This document shows, piece after piece, positions 1 through 12,298 of a stretch of DNA of 64,000 nt. A program made the translations under genes and the position numbers. The notes below the pieces were generated by a model that had not been told where the DNA came from, did not search any database, and was given only the letters and a program-made list of their open reading frames with translations. Within the stretch, counting starts at the first letter, position 1. The number at the start of each line of letters is the position of its first letter. Source of the stretch: Octopus sinensis (Eukaryota); NCBI RefSeq assembly GCF_006345805.1, contig NC_043013.1, forward strand, positions 41,974,001-42,038,000, given 5' to 3'.

Positions 1-589
1 ACTTTTTCTTCATCACTCACTATGCATTAATCGTCTGTTTGTTTGGTTTTTTTAACCTCATACATTCAATAATATCGGAATTCAGAGGAACTTCCTAACA
101 ACTTGTCTTTGGACACCGTCCACAACCTGCTGACTGGTCTGTAATTTGGATCCAAGACACACGGTTAGAAGAAAAAAAAATTCAACCTCTCCTTCCACCC
201 ACACACGTAAATTCTGCTGTCTTTTAAGTGGTTTTTCCAAGACGGGTAGGGATGTTACAAAAATGTAAATAAAGAAATTCTCCCAACTCAAATTTTCAAG
301 GGCGTCACCTTTCACAAATTACTTTCTTATTGTATCTCTCTAAAAATACTCGAGAAGAAATTCGACTGTGAAATATGACAATATAATCCTTTAAAAGAAA
401 GAAAAAAAAATCGGAAGACTACGAGATGGCCAGTTATTGGGCTGCATGTTACCCGGCAAGCGATTGATACGGGTGTTACGGATCTCGTCTGAAGTCTGTT
501 AATCTTTTCTGTCTCAAATTTGTTTATGTTATATCTAATTTCACTTTGCAACTTAATTCATTCATGATTTTGTACATCGAATTACCTTT

Positions 590-790
590 AGCGCCAGATC
601 AGTCCTAATCAGGGATCTTAGGTTATAAAAAAAAAAAAAAATTCCAGCTTTGATCATCCCGTCTTTATTAATTCATTGTGTTCTTATGTTTAATTCATTG
701 TGTGTTTCTTATATTTAAGACAGTAGAGTGTTGTTTCGTGAATATTTATTTGGCTGTTACTTTTAGCAATTCGAACCACCAGTTAGACTC
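590..790 (+). repeat. Unclassified interspersed repeat (family G); related copies at ~16340-16480, 27730-27905, 38300-38720(-), 39675-39900(-), 54500-54690, 55130-55310, 61855-61935
   Basis: Recurrent motifs GATCAAAG..ATTCCAGC..TGACCATCCCGTC and GAGATTTGGCTG.TATTTCTAGCA seen by eye at these positions. Confidence 0.55.
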
Positions 791-1271
791 TCTCTCCTAG
801 TTCATGAAACTCGGGGTTATTTCTCGTTAAAACCGTAAATATCTCAAATGGAGGTGTGACACATTGCTATGTTGGGCACGCATAATTGTGTTTATACACA
901 GACACACACACACACAGACGTACATGCTAGATCCTTGTGTGAGAATCTGTCATACTCTGCTTCTCTACGACATGTGTTCGAATGTTTGGCTTCTTTTATT
1001 TTTCTTTTTTTCTTTTAACAACCTCTTTCGTGGAACGAAATCGAAGACAATCGAAAATTTTAACATAATGAAACTAGTTCGAATGTTACGCTGTAAGCAA
1101 CCTTAACTGTGGAACAAAATCGAAGAAACACTCCACATCGTTTAACACAACTAAACATTTTTATGAAGATCGATAAATTTCTGCATCAAAATAGAAACAA
1201 GAGCATTTATAAAACATGGAATTTCCGCGGGTCACAGTGGCATATAATCTCTCTCTCACCCTTCCTTCTCT

Positions 1272-1329
<58 letters not shown>

Positions 1330-1527
1330 TTATATATATATATAAAGGTGTGTATATGTATTTATATATATTATTTGTTTGTTATTAAACTGTGACCATG
1401 TTGGAGCAGTGCTTTGAAAGGTTTTAATCGAATACATCAATCTCAGTACTTTTGTTTTTTAAGTTTGGAACTTATATTCTATCGGTCTCTTTTGCTGAAC
1501 GCTAAGTTATGGTGCCAATACATAAAA

Positions 1528-2795
1528 TTATTGTTATTATTATTGATGGTTTCAAATGTTGGCACAAGGCCAGCAATTTCGAGGTGGGGGTGTATGTCGA
1601 TTACGTCGACCCCAGTACTCAATTGGTACTTACTTCATCCCAAAAGGATGAAAGGCAAAATTGAACTCAGAACGTAAAAAGCCGAGGAAATACCGCTAAG
1701 CGTTTTGTCCGATGCGCTAACGATTCTGCTAGTTTGCCGCCTTAATAATAATAATAATAATAATAATGATAATAATCCTTTCTACTAAAGGCACGAGGCC
1801 TAGAATTTTGGGTGAAGGGACTAGTCGATTATATCGACGTTTCACTGGTAATTAATTTATCAACTCCGAAAGGATGAAAAGCAAAGTCGACCTCGACGGA
1901 ATTTGTACTTAGCACTCTACCCGGCGTGCTAACGATTCTACCAACTCGCTGCCTTTTTAATAATAATGATAATAATAATAATCCTTTCTACTATAGGCAC
2001 AAGACCTGAAGTTTCGGGGGGAGGGGACTAAGTCAGTTACATCGATTCCAGTTCTTGACAGGTACTACTAACTTTATCGATCCCTAAAGGATGAAAGGAA
2101 TAATAATAATAATGGTTGTGATGCATATGCCTAGTGTACCCTTATCAGACGGGTAGTCATGATGGGTATACTGGGCTTCGTATATTTTACCCCAGTGTCA
2201 CTTTGATGGTATGCACTTCTCTCTCACTCATTAATAATAATAATAATCCCTTCTACTATAGGCACAAGGGTTGAAATTTTGGTGGAGATAGTGTTGAAAT
2301 ATTCCTGGCTCTGGATAAAAGAAAATACAGGAAAATCAGTTAATTATGATTTTATTCAACATATTCTCCCCACAGATTCACACACTTATTGCAGTGGTCC
2401 TTCAGTTTTTCTCAGCCATGTAAAAGAATTTGGAAGGTTGGGACTCCGACCAGGCCCTTTGCGACACCCTTGAAGCCAGGAACTTTTCAGTACCTCTCGT
2501 ATACGTACAGGTCAGCTTTGCCTATCAACTTTACTTGATCAATGAAATGAAGAAGTAGTAAAGTAGTAACATCGATTTTAATATTCCTTAAGTAAGGCGG
2601 CGAGCTGACAGAATCGTTTATACACCGGGCAAAATACCGTTAAGTATTTTGTCCGTCTTCATGTTCTGAGTTCAAATTCCGCCGAGGTCGACTTTGCCTT
2701 TCGTCCTTTCGGGGTCGGTAAATTAAGTACCAGTACTAAGGTCGATGTAATTGACTTGAGCCTTCAGGCCCTGTGCCAAAATCTGAAAGAAATAT
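1528..2795. mobile_element. Cluster of tRNA-derived SINE family B copies (minus: ~1528-1743, 1745-1955, 1960-2100; plus: ~2594-2795)
   Basis: Head AAGGCGGCGAGCTGGCAGAATCGTTAGC..GAGTTCAAATTCC (A/B-box-like), core GCCTTTCATCCTTTCGGGGTCGATAAATTAAGTACCAG, (ATT)n tails. Confidence 0.85.
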
Positions 2796-2846
2796 TCCTT
2801 ATAAAGCATCCCAGAGGTGAATGAAATCATCGTGTTTACTTGCGAC

Positions 2847-2984
2847 TAGTGGCGTATCGTGGGAGGGACCCCATAACGGGCGCTTGCCCTGAGCAAAAAT
2901 TCCAAAAAGACAAGACTTAATAAACTAATAAGTTTTGAAATACTTATCTTGCCCCTGGCGCTATCAGCCCACGCTATACCATCG
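2847..2984. mobile_element. Possible short MITE with degenerate TIRs
   Basis: TGGCGTATCGTGGG at the left end versus CCCACGCTATACCA at the right end; only about 11/17 inverted match. Confidence 0.25.
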
Positions 2985-3781
2985 AATGCAACCCCTTACT
3001 TTTTAAGACTAAAAGTAGGTAGTATATATTTTACACTCGTAAGCCCAAACATAATGATACTATTCTCTTTCCTACTTGAACTTAATGTTTTGTATCAAAT
3101 TTGACGTATTATACACAATTGGATATGGTTATTTAAAAGAGAAAAATTGTGTTGTGAGCGAGCGTGATTGAATGAATTATATGGTCTTTCATGTACCGAA
3201 ATTGTCATCGTCCGAGTAGTTTCACACACACACACAGAGGGCTGTTTTGGTTAGTAGTTTTATACTTACCCAACACACACACACGTCTGTGTGTGTATAT
3301 GTGTGTTTATGTGTGCGTGTGTATGCGTATCTATCTGTGTGTGTATGTATGTGCTTATGTGTGTGTGTATGCGTATCTATATCTGTGTGTGTGTATGTAT
3401 ATGCATATCTATTTATGTGTATATGTATGTACATATCTATATATGTATGTGCATGTGTGTATCACTGTTTTACAACCATTTTTCTGTGCCCACACGGGCT
3501 GGATAAGAATTCTTTTGGGACTTCATTTTACTGCAGGATGCTCTTCCTGATGCTCACCTTTTGGTTAACTCTTATGGTACACATACAGGTATGAGGTACC
3601 TATTTTATAAACAGTGATACAATATATTGCTTTACTTACTTAAGATCTTTGCTCCTTATGGAAGATAGGCTAACAACGACTTTTTTTTTCCACTGACCCT
3701 GAAGAAAAGCCTTCCTCTCTCAGGCCATGTTGTTTTTGAATTATGATTGAGGCTTCTGTTACTTTGCTTTGTATATCCCAG

Positions 3782-3971
3782 TGACTACTTTGAGGGGAAA
3801 AAAAAAGAGATGCTTTGGAAAGTAGCATCTCTAAAAAAGGAGAAGTTCCAAACTGTTGAACCAATTTACGAAAGTAACACAAAGACTCTTAACAAAACTG
3901 ATGAGAACATGAATCAGCTTAAATTTGTGCCGGGTCTGGGTACCACTGATCTTCTCTCCATAGTGAGATAA
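3782..3971 (+). CDS. Candidate coding exon of an unidentified gene (DYFEGKKKEMLWKVASLKKEKFQTVEPIYESNTKTLNKTDENMNQLKFVPGLGTTDLLSI)
   Basis: Non-repetitive sequence with pyrimidine tract plus CAG acceptor ending 3781, a ~60-codon open frame, and either a GTGAGA donor at 3963 or a stop at 3969-3971; no homology recognised. Confidence 0.3.
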
Positions 3972-4458
3972 TTTTGAAAGAAATTTGTAGTTAAAAAGTA
4001 AGCTTTTTTACCATGCCATTTTATTTTGAGTGATACCTCTGACTACTATGATCTTTAGTTTAGTCTTTAAGAACACTAAATGTTAATGAATGACTTGTGG
4101 GATTGGTGCAAGTCGTGTTCAGAAATGCAGTTAGACTGAACTTGAAACCACATGGTTGCAAAGCAGGCTTCTTGACCACCCAGCCATGCCCACACCATAT
4201 GTACATTACAGTAAAAGATAGGTCTAGTGAAGTTATATGGATGCTAGAGCTGAGGTGAGTAGATGTGTGTTGTGTGCAAGAGATGACATGGAGCAGGGCT
4301 ACACCTGGCTTGTACACAAATATCGATGCTTTTGGGTTGGTAACAATGCTAGTTTAGATGGAGTTTAGTAGGAGGTTGTGATGAGTTTGTTGAGGGGTTT
4401 AATGAGCAAGTGGGTCTTCATTAAGGCTTAATTCTCAGCCTCCTATTTATTATACTCT

Positions 4459-4641
4459 TTTACTTGTTTCAGTCATTTGACTGGCCATGCTGGAGCACCG
4501 CCTTTAGTCAAGCAAATCGACTCCAGGACTTATTCTTTGTAAGCCTAGTACTTATTCTATCGGTCTCATTTGCTGGGAACATGAACACACCAGCATCGGT
4601 TGTCAAGCGATGTTGGGGGGAACAAACACAGACACACAAAC

Positions 4642-4702
<61 letters not shown>

Positions 4703-4876
4703 CATACATATATATGACGGGCTTCTTTCAGTTTCCATTTACCAAATCCACTCACGAGGCTTTGGTCAGCCCGAGGCTATAGTGGAAGACACTTGCACAA
4801 GGTGCCACACAGTGGGACTGAGCCCAGAACCATGTGGTTAGTAAGCTAGCTACTTACCACACAGCCACTCCTACGC
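4459..4876 (-). mobile_element. tRNA/CORE-type SINE family A, full length
   Basis: Reverse complement of head GGAGTGGCTGTGTGGTAAGTAGC..GGTTCAGTCCC, CORE-like GGCACCTTGGGCAAGTGTCTT, internal (TA)n/(TG)n, tail GACTGAAACAAGTAAAAGA. Confidence 0.9.
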
Positions 4877-5337
4877 TTTTTTTCTTTTTTTTTTTTACAA
4901 ACTATAAGAGTAATTTAAGACTGGCTGTGGGAACTGTATACTAATGACTGAGACTAAGCACATATAACAGAATCTGTAGCAGAAGGAATTCTAGCTTTGG
5001 AAGCAACATCTAGAAACAAGAGGCCTTAAAGTTAACTAAACCAAGATTAAAGTATTAGTAAGTAGGTAAGCAGACAGAATCCTGCTTCCACTAGAGAAAT
5101 GGCCTTGTGGAATATGCAGAAAAAGGAGCTGGTAAGAATTTCATTTATTGTACTCATTGTAAACTATGGATGTGCAAGAAGAGTTATGGAATCACAGTTA
5201 GGTAAGAGAAAAGGCAGGTGTTGACTCTAGCAAACACTCCAAGAGCACATTAGAAATATATTATCGAAAACACCTGGAAGGCTCTGTTAGGTGAGTTGAT
5301 AGCTTCTCTTACTTACTTACAATATGTGTGTATATAT

Positions 5338-5376
<39 letters not shown>

Positions 5377-5841
5377 AATATTTATGCACGTAAACATAAA
5401 TTTGTATAATCATTATCATCATCCATAAATATATATGTATCTGCTGTGTGTGTGTATATATTTATGTATGTGTTTGTTTTCTTTTCCATGCTAACATGGC
5501 TTAGATAAAATTTATCTTAATGAGGCTGGATTCCCTTCCTGTCTCTAACCCTTACCTGTTTTTCAGTGAAGGCTTTTCTACTCATCTTTAAAAGTGCAGA
5601 GCTGCCAGACGATTTATAGGCACACAAACATCACCAACTGTAACTTAGTTCAGAATGTAAACAATCACACAGACACAGGTACACATATGCACATAAGTAC
5701 ACACAGGCGCACGCAACAGGCTTTGTATGGTTTCCATCTAAAACACTTCACTCACAAGACAATGGTCACCCTAGAAGTACTGTAAAAAACACTTACTCAG
5801 GGACACAATGGAACTGAGCCTGAAACCATATGTTTGTGCAG

Positions 5842-6229
5842 TAATGGCTGTGTGGTAAGAAGCTCACCTCTCAACCACATGGTCCTGGGTTCAGTCCCAC
5901 TGAATGGCATGTTAGGCAAGTATCTTCTACTATAGCCTTGGGCCAACCAAAGCCTTGTGAGTGGACTTGGTAGACAGAGACTAAAAGAAGCCCGTCATAT
6001 ATGTGTGTGTGTGTGTGTCTTTGTGTCAGTGTTTGTCACCCTGCCATCGCTTAACAACCAATGCTGGTGTGTTTACGTCCCCATAGCTTAGTGATCCAGC
6101 AAAAAACAGTTATAGAGTAAGTACTAGGCTTACTAAGAATAAGTCCTAGAGGTGATTTCTTTGACTAAAATCCTTTGAGGCAGTGCTCCAGCATGGCTGC
6201 AGTCAAATGACTGAAACAAGTAAAAGAAA
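5842..6229 (+). mobile_element. SINE family A
   Basis: Same head, CORE-like, microsatellite and tail layout as 26034-26447. Confidence 0.85.
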
Positions 6230-6257
6230 ATATATATATATATTATATATATATTTT

Positions 6258-6661
6258 ATTCTTTTATTTGTTTCAGTCATTTCACTGCGACCATGCTGGT
6301 GCACCGCCGTTAGTTGAACAAATCGACTCCAGGACTTATTCTTTGTAAGCCTAGTACTTATTCTATCGGTCTCTTTTGCTGAACCGCTAACTTATGGGGG
6401 TGTAAACACACCAGCATCAATTCTCAAGTGATGTTGTGGGGACAAACACAGACACACAAACATATACACACACATACGTGTGTATATATATATATACATA
6501 CACGACAGGCTTCTTTCAGTTTCCGTCTACCAAACCCACTCACAAGGCTTTGGCTGGCCCGAGGCTATAGTAGAAGGCACTTGCTCAAGGTACCACGCAG
6601 TGGGACTGAACCCAGAACCATGTGGTTGGCGAGCAAGCTACTTACCACACAGCCACACCTG
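6258..6661 (-). mobile_element. SINE family A (tail-to-tail with 5842-6229)
   Basis: Reverse complement of the family A layout. Confidence 0.85.
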
Positions 6662-6699
6662 ACGTGTGTGTGTGTGTTTATATGATTGTATTGGTATGG

Positions 6700-7063
6700 A
6701 TATGGCTGTCCCATACAATGGGTTCAGTCCCATTGTATGGCATCTTAGGCAAGTGTCTTCTTACAAAAGCTCTGAGCCAATCAATGCCTCGTAAGTGTAT
6801 TTGGTTGACAGATACTGTGTGAAAACCAATCATATATGTATAGGTATGTGTATGTGTACATGTGGGTTCATCCCTCATTACTGCTTGGCAGCCAGTGTTG
6901 GTTTGTTTACAACCCTGCAATTTTACAGCTTGGTGAAAGCAACTTACAGAGTAAATATCAGACTTAAAAATAAGTCTTGGGGTTAATTTGTTTGACTTCA
7001 TACTTCAAAGCAGGACCCTAGCATGGCCGCAGTCCAATGACTGAAACAGGTAAAAGATAAAAG
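6700..7063 (+). mobile_element. Degenerate SINE family A
   Basis: GGTTCAGTCCC B-box, CORE-like segment and GACTGAAACAGGTAAAAG tail retained. Confidence 0.7.
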
Positions 7064-7099
7064 AGGCATATTTCATAAATATGAGCCCTCCTCTCAGCA

Positions 7100-7470
7100 C
7101 CACACACAGGTGCTCATGCTTCGGTCACATTAAAAATCACCCAGCACACACAGTAAAGTGGTTGATGTTAGGAAGGGCATCGAGCATTAGAAACCAAGCC
7201 AAATCAGACTGGAACCTGGTGCAGCTCTCCAGCTTGCCGACTCTGGTCAAACCACCCCAACCCATGGAAAACGAACATTAAACCCATGCTAGCATAGGTT
7301 GGACAATTTGACTGAGGCCTGGCGAACCAGATGGCTGCACCAGGCTCCAGTCTTGATCTGGCAGAGTTTCTACAGCTGGATGCCCTTCCTAATGCCAACC
7401 ACTCCAAGAGTGTTGTGAGTGCTTTTACATGCCACTGGCACTGGGGCCAGTCAGGCAGTACTGGCAACAA
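7100..7470. mobile_element. Two RTE-LINE 3' UTR fragments (family C) in inverted orientation (+7100-7285, -7285-7470)
   Basis: GTGGTTGGC.TTAGGAAGGGCATC.AGC.GTAGAAAC motif on both strands; matches the 3' UTR of the RTE at 35051-36453. Confidence 0.75.
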
Positions 7471-7484
7471 CCTATATATATATA

Positions 7485-7680
7485 TATAAAGTTAATCCAA
7501 ACATGAAAACACAAAGAGAAAACACAACGCGAGGACGTGGAACAAATATAGTATTATTGGATGCTTAGGGAAGAAGGAGGGTTTAATGTTTCGAGCGGAG
7601 CTCTTCGTCAGAAACATAGGAAAAGGAAAGATCCAAAGAAGGAAAGACGGAGGAAAAAAAAATCGCCAACGGTACACACA
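7485..7680 (-). mobile_element. Penelope-like 3' terminal fragment with hammerhead motif
   Basis: Same layout as 31049-31175: hammerhead core, ~90-nt T-rich tail, (TA)n. Confidence 0.55.
7581..7615 (-). ncRNA. Minimal type-I hammerhead ribozyme motif (degenerate at G16.2)
   Basis: Minus strand GUUU CUGACGA A GAGC ucc GCUC GAAAC AUU AAAC: stem I GUUU/AAAC and stem II GAGC/GCUC pair. Confidence 0.6.
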
Positions 7681-7681
7681 C

Positions 7682-7726
<45 letters not shown>

Positions 7727-7959
7727 CATACACACACATACATACATACATACATATATATAATTCACATAAAAATCTCGTGTACATTAAAACACATTAA
7801 GAGGGTTCCAAATAGGAAAGCCTTGTGCTAGAAAGAGCAGTAGAAAACTCAAACCACTAATTAGGGATAAATTCTCGAAAAGAATGAAAATTAAAAACGT
7901 TTACCATCTAATTTAGTTCCTAGACTATGGTTTCTGACTAATTTCAGTAAAAAAATATT

Positions 7960-8002
<43 letters not shown>

Positions 8003-8282
8003 GCACATAATTTTAATACATATTTGCCTTTTCTCTATTGAACTCGCCACTCCCAATGTTCATTTATGCTTATGCTCACAATATAATAATATGCCCTTCT
8101 TCGAAATCAACTGTGCTTTCATGCAGATGGGTGTGCCTCTGTTTTGAAGTAGCCACTTGGTTGAAATTCACTGGTTCTAAAATAGAATCCAAACTGAGGA
8201 CTTTGCAAGTCACCCGATAGGGTGGATTTGTAAAACCTGAGTACTGACTCATTCATACTCAGCTTTATGTCTCATTCCACTC

Positions 8283-8672
8283 TCTTTCTCTCTTACTTGT
8301 TTCAGTCATTTGACTGCGGCCATGCTGGAGCACCGCCTTTAGTCGAGCAAATCGACCCCGGGACTTATTCTTTGTAAGCCCAGTACTTATTCTATCGGTC
8401 TCTTTTGCTGAACCGCTAAGTGACGGGGACATAAACACACCAGCATCGGTTGTCAAGCAATGCTAGGGGGACAAACACAGACACACAAACACACACATAC
8501 ATATATACGACAGGCTTCTTTCAGTTTCCATCTACCAAATCCACTCACAAGGCATTGGTCGGCCTGGGGCTATAGCAGAAGACACTTGCCCAAGATGCCA
8601 CGCAGTGGGACTGAACCCGGAACCATGTGGTTGGTTAAGCAAGCTACTTACCACACAGCCACTCCTGTGCCT
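8283..8672 (-). mobile_element. SINE family A, well preserved
   Basis: Near-consensus reverse complement of family A. Confidence 0.9.
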
Positions 8673-9057
8673 ATTTTATTATATTTATATACATGTACAT
8701 TATGTTTTATTATATTTGCGGTTTTTTTTTGGTGGGGGTTGTTTTTTTTTTGTTTTAATAATGTGTGCACAGTAAGTTGATGTCTGTTTTCTTTTAACTT
8801 TTGTTTATCTTCGACTTATTTCACCCATTGGACTATGGCCATGCTGGGCCTTGCTGATGGTTCCCCCTTCAGCATGTATCTGTGCTCTTCCTTGAAGGGA
8901 GTTAGTCGAACAGATTGACCCCAGTACTTGTGTGTTCTTTTAAAGTTTGGTGCTTATTAAGCAAGTCTCTTTTACGGAGATGTAAACAAAGCAACACCTG
9001 TTGTCAAGTAGTGGTGGATGTGTGTGATAAAACACAGACACAAAGACACACTCAGGC

Positions 9058-9099
<42 letters not shown>

Positions 9100-9101
<2 letters not shown>

Positions 9102-9500
9102 AGTGTTGCCTTACTGGCACCTGTGCCGGTGGCATGTGAAAAAACATTCGAGCAAGGTCATTACTAGTGCCGCTGGACCGTCTCCTGTGCAGGTGGAACA
9201 TAAAAAACACCATTTGAGCGTGGCAGTTGCCAGTACCGCCTGACTGGCCCTCGTGCCGGTGACATGTAAAAAACACCTTTTCAGTGTGGTCATTGCCAGA
9301 ACCGCCTGACTAGCCTCATGCCAGTGGCACGTAAATGCATCCACTACACTCTCGGAGTGGTTGGTGTTAGGAAGGGCATCCAGCTGTAGAATCGCTGCCA
9401 GATCAAGATTGGAGTCTGGTGCAGCCATCTGGTTCGCCAGTCCTCAGTCAAATCGTCCAACCTATGCTAGCATGAAAAGCGGACGTTAAACGATGATGAT
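9100..9500 (+). mobile_element. RTE-LINE 3' UTR fragment (family C) with ~65-bp subrepeats and (GAT)n tail
   Basis: CCTGTGCC.GTGGCA.GTAAAAA subrepeats, then AGGAAGGGCATCCAGCTGTAG..GGACGTTAAACGATGATGAT. Confidence 0.85.
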
Positions 9501-9856
9501 TATGATATATATATATATAAATATATATCACATTGTGCTTAGCTGTTTATATTAATTTTTTATATCTGCATTAGCATTCCACTAAATCATCTATAAATTT
9601 TTATGGTAAATACATATATGCTGTCAGACAGAACTAGCTAGACATGTGTTGTTTGAGCAATCCTCACTGAAGATGTCTACATAATAGACAAAACTAGAAG
9701 TCTAGCCTGAGGATTTTCAAGTCAGTTGGTTCCCCCGTCAGCATGTATCTGTGCTCTTCCTACAACATCAAGAGTATTTTAACTCTTATTTCTAGCAATG
9801 TAGGTGTGTCAGCACCCCTATTAATACTTAGTGACAATTGAATTATATATAATATA

Positions 9857-10255
9857 GGCACAGGAATGGCTGTGTGGTAAGTAGCTTGCTTACCAATGAC
9901 ATGGTACCGAGTTCAGTCCCACTGCGTGGTACCTTCTACTATAGCCTCAGGCCGACCAAAACCTTGTGAGTGGATTTGGTAGACAGAAAGTGAAAGAAGC
10001 CCGTCTTATCTATATGTATATATGTGTCTGTGTGTATTCGTGTGTCTGTGTTTGTCCCCCCCCCCCCCGGACATCGCTTGACAACTGATGCTGGTGTATT
10101 TGTGTCTCCGTAACTTAGCAGTTCAGCAAAAGAGACCAAAAGAATAAGTACTAGGCTTACAAGAGATAAGTCTTGGGATTGATTTGCTCAACTAAAGGCG
10201 GTGCTCCAGCATGGCTGCAGTCAAATGACTGAAACAAATAAAAGAATAAAAGAAT
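9857..10255 (+). mobile_element. SINE family A
   Basis: Head, CORE-like segment and tail match. Confidence 0.85.
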
Positions 10256-10359
10256 ATATATACTCAGGTCTATTGTACAAGACACTTAACCTACATGCTC
10301 TGCAGTGGGATTGAACCTCAGACCTTGTGGTTACAAAATAAGTTTCTTAACTGCCTCAT

Positions 10360-10690
10360 TGTTTTAACATCTACTTTTTCATTCTCATACAAGTCAGACA
10401 GAATTTGTTGGGGGTAGATTTTCTGTGGCCAGGTGTCCTTCCTTTCACCAACCCTCACCTATTCCCAAGTAAGCGAATATCTCCCCTTCACTAGGCATGT
10501 TTTACACAAGAGATTGGAAGCGAAAGGCTCTATTTATATGACACTGACATTTGTTTACAACTATCAAACAATGTCAAAATAAAGAGACTGTAACTCACAC
10601 CCACATACACATCCAAATACGACTGGAACCTTTCAGTTCCATCCACCAAATCCACAAGGTTTCGGTCAGCCCAACAACAAATCCCAACAA
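10360..10690 (-). mobile_element. SINE with family-A head fragment and an alternative RTE-like tail (family K); second copy ~46950-47510(-)
   Basis: Segment with CCTTCCT.TC.CCAA.CCTCACCT.TT..AA.....GATTGGAA.C shared by both copies; A-type TTTCAGTT..CCACCAAATCCAC on the other side of a CA tract. Confidence 0.5.
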
Positions 10691-10894
10691 CCCCTAAGGG
10701 GTTAAGAGACTCATCAGTTGTCATATGTGTGTGTGTCTCTGTGAGTGTGTGAGTGTATTTTTATATCATCTGATCCATGTAATCATGGAAAAGTCGACAT
10801 TAAAATGATGATGATGTATATACACACTCATACACGTGCGCACGCACACACACACACACACATATATAACTTATATAAAATCCATTCGGTCAGT

Positions 10895-11030
10895 CTGTCT
10901 GTCTGTCTTCTCGGATCTTGGGCATCCTCTTTCCAATTGCGCTCAAATTTGATATGTAGATACTGATGGTATCAGGGTGTGTATAAGTCTTGAAAAAATT
11001 TCAAAAATCAATTCTCGATAAAGCAGATTT
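10895..11030. mobile_element. Possible Helentron/HINE (DINE-1-like) fragment
   Basis: (GTCT)n followed by CCAATTGCGCTCAAATTTGATATGTAGAT resembles that class; recognised by eye only. Confidence 0.3.
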
Positions 11031-11517
11031 TGTCCTGCTTTTCTTCTGTTAACTTGTACATAACTGCACCTTCCATTTTTTGTTGTTTTTGTACTGCTTA
11101 AAGGCACGTTTCTTTCCTGCCAAGCTTACTGTTTAAACCATGTTTGTGTTCTCCCAGTCAACAGCCTTATCATTACTGGTACTTTAAACTCTTCGGTTGC
11201 ATATTTGTGTGAATAAAATCATTTTTCTTTGGAATAGAAAAAAAAGCCTATCTTTATTTCTTCTTTTGCTGGTGTCTCAAATTTTGGTTAAATCAGTGTT
11301 TCTCAAAGGGGAGGGCCTATGGGACGGTCGGACAAGATGTTTTGAGAAAATTTGGTTTAAATGTTTGACAACTCAGCACCATCCATTGGACGGTGGTGGG
11401 GGCGTTTTCTCATATATACATATATATATATATATATATCACCATCATAGCTGCACCCTGGTTGTGCAAGAAAAGCCATTGCCAAAAAGCCTTACTGAAA
11501 TGATTCATTATTAATGC

Positions 11518-11820
11518 CATGTGATGCCCTTATATGACTTTTAAGCCTGACCAAAGTTTTACAAATTTTATTACATACTGCACAGCAGTGCTGGCTGGTG
11601 CCAACGTATACACTCTCTTAACATGTCTTTTCAGACCTCCAACTGAGAGGCACACCCTTCCACATTTTAGACATGTTCTCTTGTGAGTTGTAATAGCCAC
11701 ATCGCTGTTTATCATGGGTCGATTCCTGTGTGATTTTTGATGGCTGACCAGGCTTGCACAACTCAAACACCTCCTCCCGCAAACCACACACACACAAAAA
11801 GCATCACCATCATCACTCAA
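11518..11820 (-). pseudogene. Degenerate remnant with three C2H2 zinc fingers, most like the C-terminus of an RTE-clade LINE ORF2
   Basis: CVVCGRRCLSCASLVSHQKSH and CLKCGRVCLSVGGLKRHVKRVY in the ORF; after a frameshift CAVCNKICKTLVRLKSHIRASH. Confidence 0.55.
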
Positions 11821-12298
11821 TGTCTGTGAGTAAGGAACTTACTTCCCAACCATGTGGTTCCAAGTTCTGTCGCATGGTACCTTGGGCAAGTGGCTTATAC
11901 TATAGAACCCTCTGAGCAGTCAATGTTTTGTGAGTTTCTTAGGCAAAAAGATGCATGTTGGCCCATTGCATGTTTATGTGTGTGATGTGTTTGTTTGACC
12001 TTAAACTGTTCAAGAACTAATGTTAGTTTGTTTACATCCTTGAAGCTTAGTACATTGCAACAGAGACCATTGGAATAAATACCAAACCCAATAGTAATCA
12101 TTCAATCAAAGTGATGCCCCAGCATGGCCACAGTTCAATGACTTAAATAAACAAAAGAATAAAAGATGCTTGCATGTGTGTATTTGTTTATATTCTGTGT
12201 CTTTCAAAGATGAATGGAATAAATAATCCCTTACTTGAAAAATACAAACTAAAAGTTAGTGATATGAAAGGGCCTCTCTCTATAAAACAATGCCGTGA

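Noticed and set aside
8460-8780. Recurrent peptide MLGGQTQTHKH..RQASFSF.LPNPLTR (also 6428, 25911, 62208)
   Set aside because: It is an antisense translation of SINE family A, not a gene family.
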